Part shown: positions 25,601 to 32,630 of the stretch, in pieces
Numbering within the stretch: the first letter of the stretch is position 1
Layout of the letters: each line of letters begins with the position of its first letter
DNA from: Candidatus Coatesbacteria bacterium
GTDB lineage: Bacteria > JAFGND01
Length of the DNA stretch: 32,630 bases
Direction: 5' to 3'
Assembly (NCBI GenBank): GCA_016927185.1
Contig: JAFGND010000041.1
Coordinates: 1 to 32,630 of the forward strand
Made by a program: the position numbers and the translations under genes
Notes under the pieces: generated by a model
Database searches by the model: none
What the model was told of the DNA's origin: nothing
Seen by the model: only the letters and a program-made list of their open reading frames with translations

Positions 25601-26137
25601 ATGCCATTCAAGGAAGAACGCTTCCAGAAATCCTTCAAAAAGGTAATAAAAAAGGAAGTTCCTGAAGAAGTGAAAAAGAATCTTTCTCAGTACAAGACAA
25701 AGACAACTCCTTCAGGGAAAGCAGGTTACATAAAAGACCTTCTGAAAGAGTTATCCAGATTGCTTAATTCAGAGGAAATAAGAGAGATTATGCAAGAATG
25801 CGGCAAGGAATGTATATCTAAAGGCACCTTGAAGACTGCAAAGGAATTGCATAAAGAATCAAAGGACTTGAAAGAGTTCCTTGCCAGATTGAATGAATAT
25901 CATATTGGAGGGGGACACCTGGAACTTAATGGCAATATCATAAATGCTTGTTATACAAAATGTTACTGTGGCAGCGTTAATAATACAAGGGAAAGCATTC
26001 CCCTGGATTACTGTTATTGTTCAACTGGTTGGTATAAAAGGCTTTTCGAGGAAGTTCTTCAGAAACCTGTAAAAGTGGAGATTATACAATCAATAGTGAA
26101 TGGAGCTGACAAATGCCTGTTCAATATTTACATATAA
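25601..26137 (+). CDS. Cys-rich hypothetical protein (DUF6144-like / V4R-like fold)
   Basis: CGKEC, CYTKCYCG, YCYCSTGW, KPVKVEIIQSIVNGADKCLF; AAGGAG SD upstream of ATG 25601. Confidence 0.65.
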   Translation: MPFKEERFQKSFKKVIKKEVPEEVKKNLSQYKTKTTPSGKAGYIKDLLKELSRLLNSEEIREIMQECGKECISKGTLKTAKELHKESKDLKEFLARLNEYHIGGGHLELNGNIINACYTKCYCGSVNNTRESIPLDYCYCSTGWYKRLFEEVLQKPVKVEIIQSIVNGADKCLFNIYI

Positions 26138-26155
26138 ATCTTTGAACATGTGATT

Positions 26156-27220
26156 ATGGAAAAGGCAAAGCTCGTTCTTGAAGACGGAAGCGAGTTCACC
26201 GGTATACCATTCGGAACAAGGAAAGCAGTTTCTGGTGAAGTGGTTTTCAATACAGGGATGACTGGTTATCCAGAAAGCCTCACTGATCCATCATACAAAG
26301 GACAAATTCTCGCAATGACTTATCCCTTGATAGGGAACTATGGAATTTTTCAAGAACAGAGAGAGGATAACCTGCTGGTGAATTTCGAATCAGACAGTAT
26401 ACAAGTGAATGCACTTGTATTATCAGATTTAAGCAGGAATTTCAGTCATTGTCAATCTGTGATATCCCTTGAAGAATGGATGAAGCAGCATGGAATTCCT
26501 GGGCTGTATAATGTTGATACAAGGTCACTTACCAAGAAACTTAGAGAGAATGGCACAATGCCCGGAAAAATAGTATTTGAAGATCTTGATACTGAGATAG
26601 AAGATCCAAACAAGACGGATCTTGTTTCTTCAGTAAGTATCAGGAAACCTGTTTTGTTCAGGAAGAATGGAAGCAAGAAGATAGTCATTATTGACTGCGG
26701 AGTAAAAAACAGCATAATAAGAGCATTTCTGAAGAGGGACATCAGCGTGCTTCTCTGCCCCCATGATCATGATTTCCTGAATGAGCAGATAGATGGAGTT
26801 GTAATTTCCAATGGTCCTGGTGATCCTGAAATGTGCAAAAGAACAATAGAGAATGTGAAAAAGGCTATGGAAAAATGTTTGCCAATTCTAGGTATATGTC
26901 TTGGTTCCCAAATACTTGGACTTGCTTCTGGAGCAGAAACTTACAAACTGAAATATGGACATAGAAGCCATAACCAGCCTTGTGCAGAGTCTGGTACAAA
27001 GAGATGCTATATCACTTCTCAGAATCATGGGTATGCTGTTGATTCCAATACGCTTAAGGAAGACTGGAGAGAATGGTTTTACAATATGAATGATGGTTCA
27101 AATGAAGGAATTATTCATATTTCAAAGCCATTCTTTGGGACTCAGTTTCATCCTGAAGCTTCTCCAGGTCCTGATGACACTGAATTTGTCTTCGATATGT
27201 TCACAAGAGCCCTCAAATGA
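26156..27220 (+). CDS. carA: Carbamoyl-phosphate synthase small (glutaminase) subunit
   Basis: LVLEDG, GEVVFNTGMTGYPESLTDPSY, YPLIGNYG, ISNGPGDP, GICLG (Cys nucleophile), TSQNHG, QFHPEA. Confidence 0.96.
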   Translation: MEKAKLVLEDGSEFTGIPFGTRKAVSGEVVFNTGMTGYPESLTDPSYKGQILAMTYPLIGNYGIFQEQREDNLLVNFESDSIQVNALVLSDLSRNFSHCQSVISLEEWMKQHGIPGLYNVDTRSLTKKLRENGTMPGKIVFEDLDTEIEDPNKTDLVSSVSIRKPVLFRKNGSKKIVIIDCGVKNSIIRAFLKRDISVLLCPHDHDFLNEQIDGVVISNGPGDPEMCKRTIENVKKAMEKCLPILGICLGSQILGLASGAETYKLKYGHRSHNQPCAESGTKRCYITSQNHGYAVDSNTLKEDWREWFYNMNDGSNEGIIHISKPFFGTQFHPEASPGPDDTEFVFDMFTRALK

Positions 27221-30200
27221 AGCAAAAGTACAGGAAAGTTCTGATTATTGGATCCGGAGCCATAAAAATAGGTCAGGCAGGTGAGTTTGACTATTCAGGA
27301 AGTCAGGCAATAAAAGCATTGAAAGAGGAAGGAATCTCGACCATACTCATAAATCCCAATATTGCTACAATCCAGACTTCAGAGCATCTTGCAGACAAGG
27401 TTTATTTCCTCCCAGTAAACAGCTATTTCATTGAGAAAATCATTGAAAAGGAAAGACCAGATGGAATTCTTCTCGGATTCGGTGGACAGACAGCATTGAA
27501 TACAGGGATTGAACTGGCAAGGAAGGGAGTGCTTGAAGAGTATGGAACAGAAATACTTGGCAGTCCTCTTGAAGCTATACTCAATACTGAGGACAGGGAG
27601 CTTTTCAAACACAAGATAAAAGAGCTGGATTTAAGAATACCTTCAAGCATGACAGCGCATTCTGAAACTGAAGTGATATCTTCAGCAAATTCAATAGGTT
27701 ATCCTGTAATGGTAAGGGCTGCATATGCATTGGGCGGACTTGGTTCAGGTATTGCGTATAATGAAGCAGAACTGAGAGAACTTTCAAGGAAATCATTTGC
27801 GTTCAGTGAGCAAGTACTGATAGAGGAGTACCTTGATGGCTGGAAAGAACTGGAATATGAAGTTGTAAGAGATGTTTATGATAACTGCATAGTAGTATGT
27901 TCCATGGAGAATATTGATCCAATGGGAATTCATACAGGCGAAAGTATAGTTGTTGCTCCTGTACAGACATTGACATCAGCAGAGAATTTCATGCTGAGGG
28001 CAATCTCGATAAAAGTGATAAGATATCTTGGAATAATAGGCGAATGCAATATTCAGTTTGCATTGAATCCAGAAAACGGGGATTACAGGATTATAGAAGT
28101 GAATGCAAGATTGAGCAGAAGCTCCGCACTTGCTTCAAAGGCAACAGGTTATCCGCTTGCTTTCATTGCAACAAAGCTTTCTTTAGGTTATTCACTAAGC
28201 AGCTTGAAGAATTCAATCACGAAAGAGACTTCCGCATTCTTTGAACCTGCACTGGATTACATCATAGTAAAATTCCCGAGATGGGATTTGCAGAAATTCA
28301 ACATGATAAACCAGGAGATTGGCTCAGAGATGAAGTCTGTTGGTGAAGTAATGGCAATTGGCAGGAAATTCGAAGAAGCATTGCAGAAGGCGATAAGAAT
28401 GCTGGATATTGGAGCTAACGGATTGACAGACAACGATTTTACATTCGAGAATCCAAGACAGGAAATAAGACAGGCTTCTGACAAGCGGATTTTCGCAATT
28501 GCTGAAGGATTGAAAAAGGGAATCTCCATAGATGAAATGAACAATCTCAGCAAGATCAACAAGTGGTTTCTTTATAAATTAAAGAATATCATAGACATAG
28601 AAGAAGAAATAAGGAAATATTCACTTGAAAACCTTCCACATGAACTGCTTCTTGATGCCAAGAGACTTGGTTTTGCTGATTTGACTGTTGCAAAGCTTGT
28701 TGGAAGCGATGAGATAAGTGTAAGGGTTGCAAGGAAATCAAAAAATATTGTACCTGTTGTCAAGAACATAGATACTCTTGCTGCAGAATATCCAGCACAA
28801 ACTAATTACCTTTATACGACCTATAATGGAGATGAAAATGACATCTCATTCAGCGAGAAAAATCAGGTCATGATACTGGGAGGTGGTCCTTACAGAATTG
28901 GCTCTTCAGTAGAGTTTGACTGGTGCTGTGTTACAAGTGCAATGAGGTTGAGAAAAAATGATTATAAAGTCATAATGCTGAACTGCAATCCAGAAACTGT
29001 AAGTACTGATTATGACATTTGCAACAAGCTTTATTTCGAGGAAATTACTTTTGAGAAAGTCCTTGATATATATGAACTTGAAAGCCCAACAGGAATCATT
29101 GTGTCAATGGGAGGGCAAACTCCAAACAGTCTTGCTTTGCCTTTATATAATCATGGTGTTCATATACTTGGAACATCACCTGAGGATATAGACAGAGCAG
29201 AGGACAGGCATAAATTCTCTAATCTATTGGATGAACTCAAGATAGATCAGCCTGAATGGAAGGAGCTTACAAGCATAGAGGAAGCAGAGATGTTTGCGCA
29301 AACTGTTGGCTTTCCGGTACTTGTAAGACCAAGCTATGTATTAAGCGGAGCTGCAATGAGTATTATCTTGAGCAGGGATGAGCTTAAGTTCTATCTTGAG
29401 AAGGCATCATCAGTCAGCAAGAAGCATCCTGCAGTTATAAGCAAGTTCATAACTGAGGCAAAAGAGATTGAGATAGATGCAGTTGCAAAAAAGGGAAAGC
29501 TTGTATGCTATGCGATCTCGGAACACATTGAGAATGCAGGGGTTCACTCTGGTGATGCTACACTTGTTCTTCCACCCCAGAGAACATATCTTGAGACAAT
29601 GCGTAGAATAAAGACAATCACGAAAAACATTGCAAGTGAATTACATATAAATGGACCTTTCAATATACAGTTCATTGCAAAGGAGAATGACGTCAAGGTA
29701 ATTGAATGCAATCTAAGGACTTCCAGAAGTTTTCCATTCGTTTCAAAGATATTCAGGCTGAATTTCATAGAACTGGCAACGGATGTCATTATGCAGCATG
29801 AAGTTCCAGTGATTGACCGCTCGGCATTTGATCTTGATTATGTTGGAGTCAAGTCATCTGAATTCTCATTTACAAGACTGAAGGGGTCAGACCCGATACT
29901 GGGTGTTGAAATGCGCTCTACTGGAGAGGTGGCCTGTATTGGTGACGATTTCAATGAAGCATTCATGAAAAGCCTTATTTCTACTGGTTTCAAACTTCCT
30001 GTGGAAACCATTCTTCTGTCAACTGGACCGATTGACAAGAAGGCAGAATTTCTTGAATATTCATTCATATTGCACAAAAGGGGCATGAGATTTTATGCGA
30101 CAAGTGGAACTGCTGATTTCATGAGGAAATATGGGATTGAAACAGAAATCCTGAACTGGCCTCTGGATATGAAAGAACCCAATATTTTAACTTATCTTTC

Positions 30201-30405
30201 GGATGGGAAGATAGATCTTGTAATAAATATCCCGAAAAACATTGAACGGGAAGAACTTGATAATGACTATCTGATAAGGCGAAAATCTGTTGATCTTGGC
30301 ATTCCCTTGATTACCAACATGCAGCTTGCAAAAAGGTTTGTTGAAGCAATAAGCAGGCTGGACATACAGGATCTTAAAATCAAGAGCTGGGACGAATATA
30401 AGTAG
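27217..30405 (+). CDS. carB: Carbamoyl-phosphate synthase large subunit
   Basis: GSGAIKIGQAGEFDYSG, NPNIATIQT, IHTGESIVVAP, IEVNARLSRSSALASKATGYP, NCNPETVSTDYD, RPSYVLSG, AGVHSGDA, EMRSTGEV, C-terminal MGS-like domain; ATGA overlap with carA. Confidence 0.97.
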   Translation: MKQKYRKVLIIGSGAIKIGQAGEFDYSGSQAIKALKEEGISTILINPNIATIQTSEHLADKVYFLPVNSYFIEKIIEKERPDGILLGFGGQTALNTGIELARKGVLEEYGTEILGSPLEAILNTEDRELFKHKIKELDLRIPSSMTAHSETEVISSANSIGYPVMVRAAYALGGLGSGIAYNEAELRELSRKSFAFSEQVLIEEYLDGWKELEYEVVRDVYDNCIVVCSMENIDPMGIHTGESIVVAPVQTLTSAENFMLRAISIKVIRYLGIIGECNIQFALNPENGDYRIIEVNARLSRSSALASKATGYPLAFIATKLSLGYSLSSLKNSITKETSAFFEPALDYIIVKFPRWDLQKFNMINQEIGSEMKSVGEVMAIGRKFEEALQKAIRMLDIGANGLTDNDFTFENPRQEIRQASDKRIFAIAEGLKKGISIDEMNNLSKINKWFLYKLKNIIDIEEEIRKYSLENLPHELLLDAKRLGFADLTVAKLVGSDEISVRVARKSKNIVPVVKNIDTLAAEYPAQTNYLYTTYNGDENDISFSEKNQVMILGGGPYRIGSSVEFDWCCVTSAMRLRKNDYKVIMLNCNPETVSTDYDICNKLYFEEITFEKVLDIYELESPTGIIVSMGGQTPNSLALPLYNHGVHILGTSPEDIDRAEDRHKFSNLLDELKIDQPEWKELTSIEEAEMFAQTVGFPVLVRPSYVLSGAAMSIILSRDELKFYLEKASSVSKKHPAVISKFITEAKEIEIDAVAKKGKLVCYAISEHIENAGVHSGDATLVLPPQRTYLETMRRIKTITKNIASELHINGPFNIQFIAKENDVKVIECNLRTSRSFPFVSKIFRLNFIELATDVIMQHEVPVIDRSAFDLDYVGVKSSEFSFTRLKGSDPILGVEMRSTGEVACIGDDFNEAFMKSLISTGFKLPVETILLSTGPIDKKAEFLEYSFILHKRGMRFYATSGTADFMRKYGIETEILNWPLDMKEPNILTYLSDGKIDLVINIPKNIEREELDNDYLIRRKSVDLGIPLITNMQLAKRFVEAISRLDIQDLKIKSWDEYK

Positions 30406-30452
30406 CAGCGTTTTTAAAGACCAGTTAATAATTTCTTTAAGTTGCTTTTATT
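30404..30452 (+). terminator. Possible intrinsic terminator after carB
   Basis: AGCAGC pairs with GTTGCT and TTAAAGA with TCTTTAA, followed by TTTATT. AU-rich with a large loop, so weak. Confidence 0.3.
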
Positions 30453-30535
30453 GAATCTTCTTGACTGTAAACATATCAATTCCTAATTGCATTTATATCA
30501 AAATTACTGTTCATAATTACAGTATGGAGGCAATT

Positions 30536-31087
30536 ATGAGAAACCTGCTTCTGATAGTAATTCTGCTATATTTATCCAGTCTGCTTTTTTCAGCCCCAGG
30601 AGATTTACTTTGGAAATTTCAAACTGGTAATGAAATTTGGTCTTCTCCACGGGTTTCAGAAGGAGTTGTATTTGTTGGAAGTAATGATGAGTATCTCTAT
30701 GCAATAAACTGCTCTGATGGATCCTTGAAATGGCGCTATCAAACAGGTACTTCAATTGTCTACTCATCACCTTGTATCTCAAATGGAGTAGTATATATTG
30801 GGAGTTGCGATAATTATCTTTATGCAATAGAAACTTATGGGTATAAAGGTTTCAAGAATAACAAATCAGCTTCCTCTCTTCCCTCCCCCTCCCTCTCCAT
30901 CTCTCCCAACCCTTTCTCCTCCCGCTTGTCAGTTTCCCTGCCATCTTCAGGAGCAATCTATTCCCTTACTGGTCAATTGATTATGAAACTAGATAAAGGA
31001 AAGCATTCTATTGATACAAACAGCTGGAAAGAGGGAGTTTATATAATTAAATCAAAGAATTCTTCTTTAAAGATTACGAAACTTTGA
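30536..31087 (+). CDS. Small secreted protein with two PQQ-like (BamB-type) beta-propeller repeats and a T9SS type A-like C-terminal sorting domain
   Basis: GGAGG SD; signal peptide MRNLLLIVILLYLSSLLFS. Blades LWKFQTG..IWSSP..SEGVVFVGSNDEYLYAI and KWRYQTG..VYSSP..SNGVVYIGSCDNYLYAI. CTD ISPNPF...IYSLTGQLI...WKEGVYIIK. Confidence 0.82.
   Translation: MRNLLLIVILLYLSSLLFSAPGDLLWKFQTGNEIWSSPRVSEGVVFVGSNDEYLYAINCSDGSLKWRYQTGTSIVYSSPCISNGVVYIGSCDNYLYAIETYGYKGFKNNKSASSLPSPSLSISPNPFSSRLSVSLPSSGAIYSLTGQLIMKLDKGKHSIDTNSWKEGVYIIKSKNSSLKITKL
30870..30923. repeat. Polypyrimidine/polypurine low-complexity tract
   Basis: 54 nt with only 3 purines on the + strand (CTTCCTCTCTTCCCTCCCCCTCCCTCTCCATCTCTCCCAACCCTTTCTCCTCCC). 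Confidence 0.85.
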
Positions 31088-31122
31088 AGGTAATATAATG
31101 ATATTAACAATAGGAGGTAGCA

Positions 31123-32091
31123 ATGAAAAAGGTTTTAGCATTAGGTTTGGTTTTATTTCTTTTCATGATCTGCAATACTGAGTATATGTATGGTGATAAT
31201 AAGAATTCATCCAGTGGTAGTTCAGAAAAACCAGCTAATATAAATTATGATTCATTTGTTGATTTTGATTTAAATTTTTCTTATTCAGCTTCAATATTAG
31301 GTGGTTGGGTATATATAAAAGAAAGGGAATTTGCTGGAACTCAAAAGGATGATAACTCTTATTATCCTATTTGGGAGAATACCTACCAAACAATAAATCC
31401 TAGTGCAGGGTTAAATCTTATTAATCCTACAATCTATGTCAGAATATCAAGGAATTTAAGTTTTGGATTAAATGCAAATTACTCAAAAATTAGTCGTGAA
31501 ATTCCAGAAGACAGATCTGCATCTTTTTATCAAGATTCAACCTATTACTATTATAAATCAGGAGAAATAACTATTAAAGGAGATCTTGGTTATCTTCAGA
31601 TTTCTCCTTTACTAAGAGCTGAAGCTCCATTAAGTAACAGATTTGCATTACATGTTAGTGCAGGTCCAAGTTTAATATTCCCAAACAAGTTTAAAGCTAG
31701 CTGGAAAGGAGAAGAATCAACTGCAGATTCTTATACTTCATGGGATGGAGATCTGGAAGGAAAGTTTAACACTGCTATTGGAGGAATGGGGAGGCTTGAT
31801 TTGGTTTACAGTATAACTAATAATTTTCTTGTTAAGGGAGGAGTAACTTTAATTCTTGGTTCACTAGACAATATTGAACAAGACTGGACTAGCAAAGAGA
31901 GTGTTTCTGATAATAGTGGAAATACTCATTTAAATAAATGCACCTATCACTATAAGGAAAAAACATCAGCATTTGACAGAGACTCAAGAACAGAAGAATC
32001 AGGGGTAAGCATTTCTGAATTTTATAGAGAATACATAGATTGTTCGATTTCAGCAATAAGAATTGGAATATCATTTGGGTTCAGTTTTTGA
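31123..32091 (+). CDS. Putative outer-membrane beta-barrel protein
   Basis: AGGAGG SD, signal peptide MKKVLALGLVLFLFMIC, alternating amphipathic strands (LSFGLNANYS, YLQISPLLRA, FALHVSAGPS), C-terminal IRIGISFGFSF ending in Phe (Bam-type signal). Confidence 0.72.
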   Translation: MKKVLALGLVLFLFMICNTEYMYGDNKNSSSGSSEKPANINYDSFVDFDLNFSYSASILGGWVYIKEREFAGTQKDDNSYYPIWENTYQTINPSAGLNLINPTIYVRISRNLSFGLNANYSKISREIPEDRSASFYQDSTYYYYKSGEITIKGDLGYLQISPLLRAEAPLSNRFALHVSAGPSLIFPNKFKASWKGEESTADSYTSWDGDLEGKFNTAIGGMGRLDLVYSITNNFLVKGGVTLILGSLDNIEQDWTSKESVSDNSGNTHLNKCTYHYKEKTSAFDRDSRTEESGVSISEFYREYIDCSISAIRIGISFGFSF

Positions 32092-32143
32092 TTTTCCCGT
32101 ATGAAATTTATATTATAATCAATTCTTTGTGTAAATCTGAGAA

Positions 32144-32630
32144 ATGGGAATCCTCTATGAAAAATTTCCATGTAGTGGATCACTATCTTTATTTTTACTC
32201 TTATTGATTTTATCTTGCGGAGATGACAGTACTGATGATGGAAATAATACAGGTACTGGAACTGGTTCTGGTAATGCTGTAGAACTATTATGGAGATATA
32301 AGACAGGTGATTATATTGAGTCCTCTCCTTGTTTTTCAGATGGAGTTGTTTATTTTGGAAGTTTTGATGGCTATATTTATGCAATAAAAACAGGTAATTA
32401 TAGCAGCTTATCAGAAAGTAAGTTTGCTAAAACTAAGCAAAACCGATTCATGTCCAGTTTTTCACTGCCTGCCAGTCCAGCAGAACAGGATTTGAAAACC
32501 GGAGTAAGCTTAGTATTTTATAGATTTAAAAGTGATTTTCCTATTCCATTTCAGGGAAATCTGCCTCTTTCAAGACAGACTCCCTGGTTATGGAAACAGG
32601 GGCTTTCCTTGTTGATTATTCATTCATATA
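32144..32630 (+). CDS. Putative lipoprotein with one PQQ-like repeat; open to the window end and absent from the ORF track
   Basis: My translation from ATG 32144: MGILYEKFPCSGSLSLFLLLLILS-CGDDSTDDGNNTGTGTGSGNAVELLWRYKTGDYIESSPCFSDGVVYFGSFDGYIYAIKTG..., with no stop before 32630. The start codon is uncertain and it may be a degenerate gene. Confidence 0.7.
   Translation, partial: MGILYEKFPCSGSLSLFLLLLILSCGDDSTDDGNNTGTGTGSGNAVELLWRYKTGDYIESSPCFSDGVVYFGSFDGYIYAIKTGNYSSLSESKFAKTKQNRFMSSFSLPASPAEQDLKTGVSLVFYRFKSDFPIPFQGNLPLSRQTPWLWKQGLSLLIIHSY

Noticed and set aside
241..32384. The many 60-170 aa alternative-frame and antisense ORFs in the track (e.g. 10479-10988, 11269-11712, 16696-17169, 32022-32384)
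   Set aside because: They overlap well-supported genes and show shadow-ORF composition without domains.
30611..32389. PQQ blade repeats as a diversity-generating retroelement template/variable pair or CRISPR-like array
   Set aside because: Differences are not adenine-specific, the repeats are in-frame coding blades, and there is no reverse transcriptase or cas gene in the window.
1..32630. tRNA, rRNA, riboswitch, IS, integrase or prophage
   Set aside because: No recognisable signatures by eye and intergenic spaces are short. An Infernal/tRNAscan/ISEScan run would be needed to exclude them formally.

Overview
AT-rich bacterial chromosomal window with about 21 protein-coding genes. I found no rRNA, tRNA, CRISPR array, transposase, integrase or reverse transcriptase. 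The host is probably an anaerobic diderm (inference from the ferredoxin-fused ETF, two T9SS-type C-terminal sorting domains and an outer-membrane beta-barrel). Left to right: a 1.48-kaa GH13 + amylo-1,6-glucosidase glycogen debranching fusion; a minus-strand operon of acyl-CoA dehydrogenase, etfB, Fd-etfA, two paralogous lipoproteins and a tandem class III cyclase/STAND ATPase/TPR protein; a TIGR00725 (LOG/SLOG-fold) gene and acylphosphatase; a second cyclase-STAND-TPR paralogue followed by a radical SAM gene whose SPASM/twitch-like Cys module lies N-terminal to the SAM core; a secreted C25 (gingipain-like) peptidase; a B12-binding radical SAM gene; pckG, an alkyltransferase-like gene, a Cys-rich hypothetical, carA and carB; then a small surface-protein cluster (two-blade PQQ-repeat protein with sorting domain, beta-barrel, and a one-blade PQQ lipoprotein absent from the ORF track that runs off the window). 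The best candidates for undescribed biology are the two soluble-adenylyl-cyclase-like STAND proteins, each linked to different partner genes, and the mini-propeller cluster with its polypyrimidine tract at a domain junction. All calls come from motif recognition by eye; no database search or computation was run.
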